Below, piece by piece: positions 32,969 through 48,100 of a stretch of DNA of 64,000 nt (position 1 is the stretch's first letter; every line of letters begins with the position of its first letter). Location of the stretch: positions 35,464,001 through 35,528,000 of the forward strand of contig JBHGNT010000001.1 of assembly GCA_043228905.1 (NCBI GenBank). The letters run 5' to 3'. Below the pieces are notes generated by a model. The model was not told where the DNA came from, did no database searches, and saw only the letters and a list, made by a program, of their open reading frames with translations. A program made the translations under genes and the position numbers. This DNA comes from Azolla caroliniana. Its lineage: Eukaryota; Plantae; Polypodiophyta.

Positions 32969-35900
32969 TCAAAGGCCTTCAGGAGCAGATTTATCTGCAA
33001 TAACCTTGTAAACTGCAGAAAAGTCTAGATCCCCCAACCCCAAGCTTCTCGCCTTTTTGAACGCCTGTGTTACATAAATACAACTTTGTATTGCTCTAAT
33101 TATAAGCATGTGTAATATACATTGTATTAACTAATAGAGACTTGAGATGAAATATATCATAAACTTTTGCATTTCTAAGCTCGATTAGAAAAGTAGACAT
33201 TTCACCCAGAGCCAAAAGAACCATATATCCATGGTCTTCAGTTTACGAACAGAAAAACAGAAAAAACATCAAGAAACTATCATAAGCAGAATATATGTGA
33301 CAAGTTTTTATTGCATCTCATACATGATGCATAAATTAAGCAATGAAACAACGCACAATGGATCTCCATGTCTTGAGCCAGGAATTCACAAAGGTGAAGT
33401 TGCAGCATTTGTAAATTCAAACTTTCACAATTTCTGGTTCTGAAGCTATACAAATTTTGGCTTTACAGAAGGATTCATCAACTGTCCATGATCACATTAA
33501 CTCAAGGCAGCTGCAAGCACAAACTTGCCCTGTCTGTCCTTAACCCAATAGTTGAAGCCCTTATGGGTTGTCTCAATTCCTAGGATTAAAAGTAATCCCC
33601 CCTTCTTTACACTCGTTTAACCCTCACACTTCATCCCGTGTATCAAATACTACGGTACAAACTTACCACGGGATAATTTATGGTCATGCCCATAACACGT
33701 GGTATGCCCAATCAAACATGGACAAAGGTTTTAATTTGAGAAGTTTCAATTTCCAACTCCAAGGCATGGAGTCTCGACTTCTAAGCTCTAGATATTCTCG
33801 TTACATATATACATACTACGTATATAAATGTACCCCTACACTTATTTAGGCGAACCGTGTGACAGATGTGCATGGGTGTCCAAACCAGATTGGCAGCTCA
33901 ATGATTTTTTAACCGAAAATTCAGTATCGAGATATAGCTAATTTAAAAACAAAACCTATCAGATTAACTCTCAGTTTAGAGTCTGAATTAAGTTTGCGTT
34001 GCTCCAATATAAATAAATTTGCAACAATTTCACAATTGCCCCAAGTGTACTTGTTATTTCCCCAGATATCCTTGGTCAACACCCAAAAGAGCAATTGATC
34101 AATTCATTCCCATTATTTCTGCTATTTGAAGAGTTCAAAGTCAATTCATCTCCTCTTTCCCTCTTTAGGGGGGTTTCCAAGGGCATTTGGAAAAATAGCA
34201 AAACATTACGAGCATTTGGGGAAAAAAGAAACAATTAGGGTATTTCGGATTGTTCCTTTATTATGAATAGAACACTTCATTAATCATAAAATGACTGATG
34301 TGTTCTTGACTAGAAAACTTGTCAGTGTTATGGAAATCTTTTCGAAGTAAAATAGAATCATAAACATGATACATTTGTATATTACCTCATTGGAAGCAGC
34401 TGCGATAGGCATGGAAACACCAACATCATCACCCAAAGCTAAAGCCAGACGCATATCCTTCTGTTGATGTTTCAAAGGAAATGCTGGATCAAATTTATCC
34501 TTTATCATAGTGGATCCCTTCATTTTGAACATAGGATTAGCAATGGCACCAAGATCCTGTATGTTAGAAACTGATTAGTAATCTCATATAGATGCAATTC
34601 TTTGATAATTTGCTTTGTAATGCTGAAAGAAATTCATACCAAAACATCTAGGAGGATCTGCTGACTGAGACCACTTTTGTCAGCTAGAGCAAGCCCTTCT
34701 GAGAATGCATTCATCATGCTATTACAAAATACATGTGTCAGTATAGGATGTTATCATAATATTGCCATTGCATAATATGTCTGTCATCACCCATGTGACA
34801 TAATTGTGTCCATCCTAAACAATGAGTAAAATAACTATACAATGCCTTCATAGTTGAAATAACATTTCCAGAAAGCCACCTTCCCATAACCATGTTGACC
34901 ATCAATTTATACTTCGCTCCATTCCCCACTTCTCCAAGGAAAAATGATTTCTTCCCCATAACTTCGAAGGCAGGTAAGACCTCCTCATAAAGAGTCTGAG
35001 AGCATTATGATACCACTTGGCATCAGTAAGTTTTAACTTGAAACTTGCCTTAAATACATATTTCAACAAATGCATGATTTTACAAATGCAAAACATCCTT
35101 TTAACATTACCTCATCACCTGCAGCAAGAATTATCAATGTACCATCCTCAGCAGGCTTTTTACTGCCTGAAACAGGTGCTTCAAGAAAACGCCCACCCTT
35201 TTCAACAATAGCCTGACATTCAGGAAAGGAGAGAAACATGACTAAGTTGGGTCCTGTAGACAATGCTCCTAATAAATGCTGAAGAGACCAACGATATAGA
35301 ATACAATAATGAAAATTAGAGGCTCCTGTTCCTTGCACAAAAAAATGATGGAAACAACAGTACATCAAGTTTTGTAATCCTTATATAACTAGCACCAAAG
35401 AAAGATGTGGCAACATCAGAGCAAAGAAAAGAACCTTATTAATCGCACACGAAGTCTTGGAGTCTACCGTAGACATGTCCACATACCCTTTATTTTCTTC
35501 AATTGCCTCCAAAACACCATTCTTCTCAAAAACTACCTGAATGGCTTGAAATGCAGAATCATGACTTAAATAGCTATACTGCTGATGGATAAAGACATAT
35601 GGAATGTGCACCATCTTACAGAGAGGGCTACTTCAGGATCAGCCAACATGGCAATCGTTAATTTGCACTTTTTCACAACATCTGCTGGGCTATTTCCAAG
35701 TGTTGCACCCTCTTTCAGCAAATCATCACACTAGAAAACAATGAGACCATGACAATGTAAATGAAATTCCCTAGTCTTTTTTTAAATTTATACCATGCAT
35801 ATAAAGTTCAAACATTACATCAAAAGAGAGGAAATCAAGAAAACAAGGAAGCTGAATCAATAAAATATGAGACAGATTGACAGAAAGACAGATCGTTACA

Positions 35901-36577
35901 CCCACACCCACCCAAGTTCATTTCAGCTTCAAAGTTCAAATAGTGCTCACAAGTTTCAGGATCATCAACTCGCGTATAATAATCTAAATTAAACATTGTC
36001 AAAACATTATTCATTGCAACCTTGTATCCAACCCACCTACCTACATCCATGTAACTATCAATTGATTTGATAAAAAAACAGGAAGTGTCAAACAAAAATC
36101 TTTCTTTTCATTCACGTGAACTGAGAAACTGATGGTGTAAGCAACTTCAATATGTACTCATCAGCAACTTGCAATCAATTTTCGTCTCTAACATCTTCTC
36201 CTTCGCATCATATCAGCCATTAAAAACTCATTAAATTCTCTTCAACATTTTGTCCCTTGCACAGAAATCAATAGTTTGCTAAAGCTCAGACTTTCAATCC
36301 ACCATCAGAAATCGATTGGATCATTTGCTAAACATCCAGATTTGTCGTTCATGAGTTTATGAGGAAAGAAGCAAAATATTTTCAGCTTCAAATCGAATTA
36401 AAGGGAAGGAGAAAATACACGTAGAGAAAGAAAGAGATCGAGATGGAGCGAGCGATAGGGAATTACCTTGGAGATGGTTCTGTTCCACACAACGACTTTG
36501 AAGCCATTTTTAAGGAGGTTGCGAGCCATACCAAGGCCCATGATTCCCAAACCCAGGAACCCGACCTCGATCGCCAT
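32969..36577 (-). CDS. GLYR1: Glyoxylate/succinic semialdehyde reductase (beta-hydroxyacid dehydrogenase family), cytosolic GLYR1-like, 8 exons
   Basis: [14 protein letters not shown] Rossmann motif, [65 protein letters not shown]. Stop TGA at 32969-32971. An in-frame upstream ATG lies at 36628. Confidence 0.93.
33568..33695. repeat. Short dispersed intronic repeat, copy 2 (homologous to 14465-14580)
   Basis: Direct sequence similarity to the copy in the AP2M intron. Confidence 0.8.
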
Positions 36578-39559
36578 CGTTTTGAAACTGTCTTTGAGTG
36601 CGGGGGTGGGTGGGTGTGTGACTGGCAAGAACCCTAATTCCTTCTTTCTTCAGCGTCGTATTGTGGGGCTCTCAGCTCTGCACTCTTTCGCTCTACTTCT
36701 GATACAAACATAGATTGATGATGTGTGACTGGAGTGGGTACTCAAATCACATCTTTTAAAGAGGACCCAGCCCCCCAAGCTCTCTCTGCCTTCTTCTTTC
36801 TTTCATGAAGACCAATGGTCATCCATCATATGAGAGAGAAGAAAGAAATAAAGAAAGATATATTAACGCTTCTAAGACCAAATTTGGCCGACATGTATGA
36901 CTCGTGCATGTTATGTGTGTCAACGGTGCGGTTCAATAGAGCGCGCACCATCGAGCCTCCAGTTTAGGATTGTTTTCTTTACCTAGAACGCATGCACCTT
37001 CAATTCACGACGACAACCTAATCACTCGGCATGTCTACATCCCAATCCAGATTATACAATTCGTCTTGCCAAAGGTGAATACGCTAATAGTGCTCTTTGC
37101 CAATACATTATAATTGCAATACTCGATTGTATGGGTTTAGCAGAGGCAGTGAACGCACTAGATATGAACCAAGCGGTCAGTGCAATACGTTTGACATTGA
37201 GACATATCCTACATTGATGTCAACAGTGACAACTTGATGAAAGTTGTTCCTATAGACAACATGGCTCGTTTTGCACCCATTTCACACCAAGTATGCGATT
37301 AGCATTGTCCCAAATGCAATGTCATGAAATCAAGGACACATCATCCTCGGGGATTCACGTAACATATATGGAAATGTACTAATATTGATATCAGCTTCGT
37401 GAGACCAATGAGGCAGCCTTGATTCTGTGAACAATGCTTGACGTTCTTGATGGAGTGTCATAATGGGTCTTGTAAAAAATGTTGAGATCCTCTTCATCAA
37501 TGTGGTGACCGGTCAATCATCTCATTATAGAGAAATATATTGCATTGGCCCTTCTTCGGGTCTTAATACTTTCTTTGTATATGAATGCACATAATGTGAT
37601 GTGCTCTTTTGTGTGTGCTTCATCGCAATGTTTGGAAATCGAATGCTATCCTCGATCACTATATGTTTTCCTTGGGTCGAAGTAATTTGTTTTTGGACTT
37701 ATAAGAGCTATTTGTTCATGCAATGAGTTTTTTTGTGTGCAAATCTTGGTATAACTCCATAAAGCACTTTTAGTGTATCATTGCAAAAGATTTGTACAAT
37801 TTTGTGTACAATAATATAATAATTCATATTACTCAGAGAGAGTTACATCGCAAGAAAGTTGTAATGGAACAAGGTACAACCCAACATGCTACTTGCTCTC
37901 TCCAGGATATTGACTTCCCTTCAACTTATTGACATGAGACTTATATTATATATAATATCAACTTCCCCATCCCTTAGAAACTCTCATGTCTCAAACATCT
38001 CTTTACTTTCCTTTACCACTTCTCCACCCCAAATCTTACCCTTGCTTTTGAAGGAATTCTTAAAACTCATGATTCCACCCCCCTCCCTTCATAACCAAAT
38101 GTTAATTTTTAACATAGTAAAAGACTTTTGGTAGTAGCTAACATATATTTGTAGAGAATATTCTATGATATATTTGATGTCAAATTGGAAGTTATTTTTT
38201 CGAAAAGTTTATTAAAAGTGCGAAAATTTTGATAATTGATATTGAAGTAACGTGGACTCGCATTTTGAATATGTAGTGACATGTTTACGAAACAATGACA
38301 TATACAAACACATTGCATCCAACAAGGTGATTATTTACATAGAATACAAGAATCAAAACAAGAATAAATGCATTTGTTGAGATAGTACCCCACACCAGTA
38401 CACCATGTAATTTCAAACCAACTGTGTGATATGGTGTTGAAAAGAGACTTGCCAAGTCTATGTATGGGTTGATGGTTGAATGTGTCGATTGATAGGGTGG
38501 GTACATGATACAACAAAAATAAAACTCTACAAATTTTATGAGACACACTTTATAGGTTGTCTTAAAGTCAAAGCCGACTATAAACATACGAGCATGACGA
38601 ATCAAGGGTAGTGCAAGCGAGATGTGTGGAAAATTTACCTATAACTTTTGAGGTGTGAAAAAAGCATCGAGTATAAAAGGCTACAAGGAGGAATATGTGA
38701 ATTTTTGTAAGTGGATTGTGGTGGCTCTACAATTATGACAATTTTAGTTGGAACCTTGCTATATGTCTACCCCAAACGATGGCCAATCAACTCTACATAT
38801 AATATGTATAAATATGGAAAAACTTTCATGATAAACATGGACTCCCTTTACACATGGTGTTATTTGATTGATTAATACCTCCATGTGGCATAAACTATCA
38901 TTATAGGCATTAAATATTATTAAACTTTGGAGAATGCAACTTTGGGTTTAGAGCTACAATGGCAAACAAAATGGTTCAAGGCAAAACATTGTCCATTCAC
39001 ATCCTTGCCATGTAAGCATGCATGGTTTTATATATCCAACCTCCAACCAAAGCGAAAAACTCATGGGCAAGAGGCAACTTTTGGCGATGAATAGCTAGGT
39101 ACTTCCCCCTCCCCCAAAGTAAGTATGTCGTTGTTCATAGTGCGAGGACATAAGATATGTATCATTGATCTTATTAGGGCATGAAAGTGAAGAAAGACAA
39201 ATAAACGAAGACTCAACGTATTGGTAAAGGTCGCCAATTTGATTTTGGGTACGGAACGACAAATTCTTCTCAAGATCGAATCGATGACAAACAAGAGACT
39301 CCTCAGCCCCTACCTTTGAAAGTGTGAATCAATAAGTTCTCGAAAAACTCAGGGGGTTTAGCGTGGGACGCTGGAGAAGAACTTGTCCGGTGAGATAGAT
39401 ATGTACTGCTACTACTCCTGCTAGGCCTAGTAGAGTGACTGATATATGTACATATATGGTATATAGCAGCACTCGCTGGTTATGGCTATGGTTTGGTTCG
39501 GTAGAAATGGATGGACGGATCTGTGGTGTCTCTAGTTGCGAGCTCAGATCGATTCCCAG

Positions 39560-39604
<45 letters not shown>

Positions 39605-39667
39605 TTTGGCCGAATCAAAGCGACGACGTATTCATCATTAACTTAGCACAGACAGAACAGAACAGAG

Positions 39668-39717
<50 letters not shown>

Positions 39718-40200
39718 GAAGACTAGGTCCTTCCTTTGGGATCTCCTTTCTCTAATCTATGTCTCTCTCCTCTGTGCAATCTGTCTGCCTCGAGCGACGA
39801 TTAGGAGGAGGAGGGGAGCCTGAGGGGCTTTTAATACTTTATTTTTCTTACAAATAAATAATAATTGCTGTTCTCTCTCTCTCTCTCTCTGTGTCTGTTC
39901 TGATCATACCCGAATAAGAAGAATGGGAAGTGAAGTGTGTGTGTATGCATAACAGTATGTATATATATGTATGTGTATATATATACATATCCAAAACGTT
40001 ATGTAAGAAAGAAAGCAAGCATTGTTGGGAAAGTAACCACTCCCAACTTCTTACTGCAGCCTGCTGCTACCTACGCAGACAGAGTCAGTGAGACCAGACC
40101 AGACCAGTCACCAGACAAACAGGAGTAGAGAAAGTGGGTATCTCAACCTGAATTAATCGGAATTCAAAAGTAGAGCTGGAGAGACAACGCCCAAAGTGGC

Positions 40201-40240
<40 letters not shown>

Positions 40241-42162
40241 CAGCGCGAGTAGTACTCAATGAATTGAGTGTGTCGCGTGTAGAGAGAGAGAGAGAGAGAG
40301 AAGGGTTTTCTTCATTCGACGTACGTATGGAGTGAGAAGAAATAAATAAATAAATAGCAGAGAGAGAGAGAGAAGGGTTCATATAAACCCAAAGACAGAA
40401 ACTGAGGAATTGAGAGAGAGAGAGAGCGTGAATAATAAGAAAAACAGGGTTTATATGTTGGAAAGAGTTTTCGTTTCTTTTCTTTTCCTCTTTTCCTTTC
40501 GGCAAATTTTAAAAGAAAGAGAGAAAAACTATAAATATTGCATCCTCCAGGCTTCCTTTGATCACGCGCCTTTTCTCTTCACTCTTCTTCATCGACTATA
40601 AGTTTCTGTCTGACTGGACACCCCCCCCCCCCCCCCCCACACACTCCACTACTATATATATGTAGTATGTACAGAGGAGTAAGAGAGAGAAAGACAGTAG
40701 GTCAATCTTTTCATACATAAATAACACACACACACACCCACACACACTCTCTCTCCATATGTATGTATATCAGCCACTAGAGACTTGAAGGACAGCCAAT
40801 ATATACATATTATAGTGGTGTAGCGCAGATTTATACACACATCCCCCTCTTTTCAGCTATGGATTTAATTGTGGTATTATGTATATAATAACATACATAA
40901 CGATAGTGATGATGACGCGCGCCCCCCCCCCCCCCCCCAAAAAAAAAAAAAGAAAGAAAGAAAGAAGAAGAAGCCCAAATCCATTATACAAGCACACAAT
41001 GGTATGTACATCACCATCACCACCCGTATGGGTTGCATGGTTATAACTTATACGACTACTCTCACCTACCATGGGGGGATCAATGATGATATCGAGGATA
41101 ACTAGGTTTTTGATCATGTATCATAGAGACATATACATACATACATACATACATTTATACATACATAAAACAATATCCACACAAGTTATTTGACCCTCCC
41201 CCTCTGATCTGTGTGTGTGTCTGCTGTTATATCTTTCTTTCTTTCTCTCTCTGTGTCTGCTGCTGCAGTAGCTCTTTCGTCCTTATTGCCCTGCCATGCC
41301 CTGGTCTGTTCAGCCCCCCTTAAAAAATCAGAATAATAAATAATAAATAACAATCCTTCTCTCTTATCTCCCCCCCCCTCTCTGTTTTGGATTTATCATA
41401 AGTATTATTAACGTTTTTTTTTCTCTCTCTCCTCCTACTGGCTAACCTTCGCTTTTTTTTTTTCTTCCTTCTTCCTTTTCTGCTGCCTTCTCACCACCAA
41501 TAGTAGTTAGTAGTACTTACTATTATTTCTGCTACTAATTAGTAGTAATAGGAATTAGCAATAGTAATAGATGTGATCATCAACATCATCATCAATCTTA
41601 GGCCCTACCCTACCCCCCCCCCTTTTTTTCTTCTCTCCCTGGACGCAATTAATGATCCCCTCTCTCTCTCTCTCTCCCCTCTTTTCTTCTTGCTTCTTCT
41701 TCTTTTGTCTCCCAATATTACTATTATTGCTGTATTACTCTCCTCTTGCAGTTATATTCAGCTCCCGTATACAATATATCATTTCTCTCTACCAAAATTT
41801 AGTGTCTTTTTTTTTTTTCTCTCCTCCTCTTTTTCTCTCCCTCTGTCTCTGTTGTCTCTGTCTCTGATGCAGTGCTTTTTCTCTGCTTCTTCTTCTTCTC
41901 CTCCATCCTTCTCTTCTCTTCTCCTCTCCTCCAACATATGGAACCACTCACGCCCCCTCCTCAGAAAGTTATAATGTTCATGCTTGGATGGCACACATCA
42001 CATATTTGTACACACACACACAGACTACTTAGGTCAGCTCCTGTGAAAAGCAAAACATACTTAGATTCTGCAGGTAGTTTCGTGGTAGTAGTAACCAAGC
42101 TTAATTAATCAATCAATTTAATACATTTCTGTTTACCGCCCCCCACTGCCTCTGCATATTAC

Positions 42163-42192
<30 letters not shown>
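39560..42192. repeat. Microsatellite-dense region upstream of the RLT gene: multiple (GA)n/(CT)n, poly-C, (CATA)n, (TAT)n
   Basis: Runs seen directly at about 39564, 39674, 40206, 40280, 40621, 40922, 41135 and 42165. Confidence 0.85.
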
Positions 42193-42195
<3 letters not shown>

Positions 42196-42196
42196 C

Positions 42197-45100
42197 ATGG
42201 CGGCTACCGCCACTGCAACTCTGCTGCTGCCGCCACCACCACCCCATGAAGACAAGCTGAAGAGGAAGATGAAGACGCCATTGCAGCTCGAGACACTAGA
42301 GCGCGTTTTTGCTGGTATGGTAAAATGAATTCACGCTGTTGTTGCCCCATATTTCGAAGTAAATTAATTCAAATAATTGAATCTGAGTTTCTTCTGTCCA
42401 TGAAGGTTTAGAACTTGTTAAGTACTACTACTGACTGATGATATCTATTTTCTTTCTTCCTTCTCTCTCTGTTATTTGGCAGAGGAGAAGTATCCTTCGG
42501 AGGCCGTTCGAGCTCGGCTATCCATTCAGCTCGGTCTCTCGAACCGCCAACTCAAGATGTGGTTCTGCCACCGAAGGTTAAAAGAACGGAAATCGAAAGA
42601 CCAAGAAGAAGGAGAAGATGAAAGAGCAGAAGAGGAAGAAGAGAAAAAAGATGATCATACACCTATATTAACCTCTAACCAGTACAGAATTAGCCCAGAA
42701 CATGGAGAGGCCATGCGATCTGGTAATACAACAACGATCCCTCATGACATGCACCGATTATCCCCTACACTCCCTCTAGCCATTAAGAAAGAGGAGCAGG
42801 TGAGTAGTGGTAGCTATCATTCAGAAGACCATGCAAGCGGCTGGAAGATCAAAAGGAGACATGAATCAACCAATGATTGTACGAGGAAAAAGAACAAGCA
42901 CTTACCAAATTCAAATACGGTAATGAACATCACCAATATTAGTAGCAGTAATGGTGTGGATCCATGCAGGCTTGCAGAGTTGCAAGCTATTGTGTCTGTG
43001 GAGGCTCAATTAGGAGAGCCTTTGAGGTGGGATAGCCCTTGTTTAGGGCTAGATTTTGATCCTCTTCCACATGGAGCTTTTACTTCAACAGCTGCTGGTA
43101 TGTATGTATGCATTATTTATTATTAGTATAAGTGCCTGTATTTGAATCTTCATGAGAAGAAATTCTGGAAAGCTTCAAATCATCTTTCGTGTTGGGAATC
43201 TGGGTTGATAATGTACAGAGCAACGGAAATCGTTCAGCTCACAGGACTCGAGAGACCAAGTGGAGAACAGAGGCGGTGGCAAATCTGAGCTAAACCTTCC
43301 AAGAGTAAGTTCTTAGGAATGAAGTTGCATTTACACTAAACGAGTGTATTGTATGCATACGAAAGAGGAGAGAATATATTGTATGCATAAGAGATTTTTG
43401 TGAAATCTAACAGGATTCGTGCTATGCTGAACATGCCCATCACCGAAAAATGAGCAATTCAGACAGTGGACATCAAAGTGTCAGTAATAGATCAGGCTCA
43501 AGATTTTTACATGAATATCAATTCATACCAGAAAGACCCACAGGAAGGGACGGTATGATGACATCACTACCTCTTGCACATTCCAGGGTATGTATAGGGC
43601 CTGAGAGTGGTAGACAGGGAATGATGGCGCCACAAGGAAGTATTTTGCAGGGTGAGAGCCTCGGAAATGCATTTGGATTGGATGGAAAACCCCTTGCTAA
43701 CTTAATGATAATGCAGAGAGACACATACGACAATCATCATGGTTTTGAACCTCAACCTCAGATCTTGCATCAAGATGCTTATTCTAGTGCTTTTGGTTAT
43801 GAGGGGCAATTCGGTGTTTATAACAACCTGAACATCCTGCCCAATAATGCATTATCACCTCAATCCTTTCTTCATGGCATTGAGAACATTCCTATCTACA
43901 ATGAGCAGGAGTTGTTGATGCATGGGAACAAGAGAAGGAAGGTAAATGTTTAAAGCTTAAGCTGCCTAACCTTTTAAAACTTTGCTCAGCACGGTGGTGA
44001 ACTGTATTTGATTTTTTTGAACTCAAGAGCGAAGAGATCAGATTAGAGAAAGAGATGGATGCTCAGAGGAAAAGGATCCAGAAAGAAATGGAGAGAGAGG
44101 ATCTTGCAAGAAGGAAGGTCAGTGTAACAATTGGACATTCTCGGAATCCACTTTGTAGACCTTTGAATTCAGTTTTTTTTCAAGAGCGAAGGCCATTGTA
44201 AAAATGAAGCATTCGTTGAATCTTGTTTGTAGACTTAGAATTCTGGTTTTCATTACTCGAAAGAAAGGGTATGGGGTTTTGGTGATATCTTTATGTTTAT
44301 AACATCAGATAGATCTTTAGTTGAAACCTACATTGTTATGGTACATCATATAATTACGAAAATCAAGAATATATAGTCTAGGATGCTGCAAAGTAGAATT
44401 TGAAATATGCTCTAGATTACTGTAACATTAGATATGCTTCATGTGCATTGAGGGAGGATGGATTCGTCATTGGTAAGGCATTTATTTTTGACTGACAGAG
44501 GGAAGAACACTTGCAAAAGGAGAGAGAGAAAGAAGCAGAGAGAATGATGAGAGAAAAACAGCGCGAAGATGAACGCATACAGAAAGAATTAAAGCGGGAA
44601 ATCGAACAACAGTACCGTCTTCTACAAAAAGAAGCTCAAAAGGTAAACTTCTAATCACATAAACACAATCAACCGTTCAACTCATCATTGCTCAAAATAC
44701 TTGGAGTTTAAATGCTTTTTACTCACTTTCTGTTTGTTTTGCTAAGCTGGAGAGAGAACGAGAGAAAGAGGAAGCAAGGAGGCTGAAGGAATCCACTAGG
44801 CTCAAAGCGTCCATTGAACGAGCAACTGCTCGTAGACTTGCACGTGAATGTGTTGAACTTATAGATGATGAGCGTCTTGAGCTCTTGGAAGCTGCCACAG
44901 CATCACAAGGACTCCCCTCTATCTATCTCTTAGACGGAGACACATTGCAGAGTTTGGATAGATACAAAGGTGTGTGGGGCGTGATGTGGAAATGTTTTCC
45001 TACATGCATCATTCCAGTCTATCTCTGTTTGTTGCTTGCTTGATTTCTTACTCTGGGCTTACCTAGTTCAATGCTGTGAATATGTTGTGGTGTATTTAGA

Positions 45101-48100
45101 TTTTGACCCACTCAAGAATCTTGTCTAACAAACATATTTTGGACATGTCATTGAAAATTTTGCAGATTCTTTAAAGAAGTTTCCACCTCCATCTGTGAAG
45201 ATGAAGAGTCCTCTTGCTATCAGTCCATGGATAGACTCTCAGCAGAATCTTGGAAATCTTCTTATGGTATGCGTTAATATGCCCTTTGATATTGTTATTT
45301 CAATCACCACACATACTTTACCTGTTCAAACCAATGTGTGAGATAAGGATGAACATGTGTCGTTTTCTCTCTCCTATCCCCTCTTGGTGAAATTTTCTCG
45401 TGTAATTGACCTTTTCCATGCTCAGTTTTGTCTTTCGATGTTTCATATTCTATGACATTCCAGATGTGGAAGTTCTTGATAGCATTTGCAGATGTCCTTG
45501 GGCTTTGGCCCTTTACTCTTGATGAATTTGTGCAAGCATTCCATGATTATGTAAGTTCTTTATAAACACTAATATGTGAGCTTCAATACATGATATGGCT
45601 TTTCTTATCATCAAATACATCACACATTTTGGTAATTTCAGGATCCTAGACTACTTGCTGAGATACATATTTCTCTCATTAGAACTATAATAAGAGATAT
45701 AGAAGATGTTGCTAAAGCTTCTGCATGTGGAGGTGCGGTGAATCAATACACAGCTCCGTCCTCCATCGGTGGAGGACACTCACAACTTGTTGAAGCAGTA
45801 AGTATGAAGATTGCTTCCTATCAAGGCTTTTGATACTCATATTCTTGATTATCAATATTGCCCTAACTTATTGGTTGGATTATCCCAGGCATATGCATGG
45901 GGCTTCGATTATAGGCAATGGGATCAGCATCTTAACCTTTTAACCTGGCCTGAAATTCTCAGGCAGTTTTCTCTCGCCGCAGGATATGGCCCCATTTGGA
46001 AGCAACAAGAAACTGAAGCTATTAATGCCTGTACTGTTGATGAAGGTCATCATGTACGTCAAAAGGTTCCTACTAAAACTATAAATGCTGGTTATAGATG
46101 CTAATAGGTTCCTTGACAATCTTATGTCTTTGTTTTTCTAGGGACATGCTGCTGAACAAAATGTGAAGTCTGTAAATAGAGGAAGGGGTGGTTCACATTC
46201 TCGTAAATATGGATATAAATTGACTCCTGGTACAGTGAAATATGCAGCATTTCATGTAGTCTCTGCACAAGGTCCAAATGGTCTTTCAATTACAGAGATT
46301 GCTGATCGTATTGAGGTATTTATCAATGTTACATCATATAGACATGAAATCAATCTAGGATGTTTGCAACTAGCTAACTTAGCAAATCTATAACGTGTTT
46401 TTTTTTCTTCTCCTAGAAATATGGTTTGCGTGATCTTTCAACAAGCAAGACCCCTGAATCCTCCATTGCTGCTGCATTGTCCCGAGACACTATTTTTTTT
46501 GAGAGGGTGGCGCCGTCCACATACTGTGTAAAGCCTCAGTTCCAGAAAAATCCTGAAGATGCAGACCGCCTTATACAAGAAGCTTTGGAAAGGACCAGGT
46601 TATTCCAGAGTGGAATTATCTCAGACACTTGCAATGTAGAAAAAGGTGTGGAGGACATTGATGAGGTTGAGAGAGAACAAGTTTCTGATGATGAATCCGA
46701 TAGTATGGACATTGATGATAAACATCAAGGCAATGCTTCATATTCTCTGAAAGAAAGAAAAGTCATTGAATGCAAATCAAAAACTGGAGACAATACAAAG
46801 GAATCACTAGTTGATAACAGTTTAGGAAGCTCTGGTATGCATGATGATGGTAGTGGCAAGCATGCCTCGGTGTCAAGTTTGATAAGCATGAACGAATTCA
46901 TGGATGGAAGGGAAACTAGTCTTCATCTAGAAAAGATTGCTGATTCTGCTCTAGATACAGAGATAGATGAAAGCCACATGGGTGAGCCATGGGTGCAAGG
47001 TTTGATGGAAGGGGAATATTCTGATCTTAGTGTCGAAGAACGGTTGAATGCTCTTGTTGCACTCGTTGAGGCTGTGAATGAAGGGAACACCATCCGTGTG
47101 GCTTTGGAGGTGATGATGTGCTTACATCAATTAGTTATACATATTCCTTTTTCTTTCTTCTAGTTTTTAAGCGTGACAATGTTTTATCTGCCTTATACAG
47201 GGTCGCATGGAAGCTGCGACTGCTCTAAAGAGACAAATGTGGGCTGAAGCACAACAAGACAAACGGCGTTCCAAAGAAGAACAGCTCTCTAAAGTACAAT
47301 CTCAACCTGACGAACTTGTAAAAAGTGAAGGATCCATGGAACGAGATGTGAAATCCTCATTAATGGCATCAGTGGACGGCCCACAATTAGTCTCGAAAAG
47401 TCCTAATCTGGATAAAGAATCACAGCAAGAGAATTCATCACTGAGTCTCTCTGGTGCTGCCTTAGAAAAAACCCGTGCTCAGCTGAAAGCGGACATCGAT
47501 TTTCGAGCTGATGAACTCTATGTATTCAGATCCCAGCCCTTAGGTTTGGATCGTCGACACAATCGCTACTGGCAGTTTGTAACTTCCTATGTTGCTGATG
47601 ATCCTGGTTGTGGAAGGCTCTATTTTGAATCATCTGAGGATGGCCATTGGGAAGTAATTGACACGGAAGAGGTATGTATATATTGCATTTTCAGAGGGCC
47701 CGTGTGATCAAACAAGTGATAACATCTTAAAATGTTGACTTGTTGTTTGGGAACAAACCAAAATAAATATAACTAAATAGAAGGTGGCAAAGAGTCTTGT
47801 TAGCATGTAAAATGTTGGAACTTAGATAGGCTGAAACTCTGCTTTCAAAAGGTCTCCAACATGAGCCAAACCAAGATGGAGATTTCTCTGTAGGTATGGG
47901 AAAACACCTTATGTTTGGGATGATAATGGCCTTTAGCTGAGAAATACAAGAGTAATGGGGTTGTGGTCTACATGCACATGCACACCAAATTGCCATTAGA
48001 GCTAAAGAAAGTTGGATTGTTCTTTGTTGAAAATTGTTGGGATGTAGTCGCGTATAGTTAATTGTGCTCCTGCCGGATCCCAGTGGAAAGCATTAGGGTT

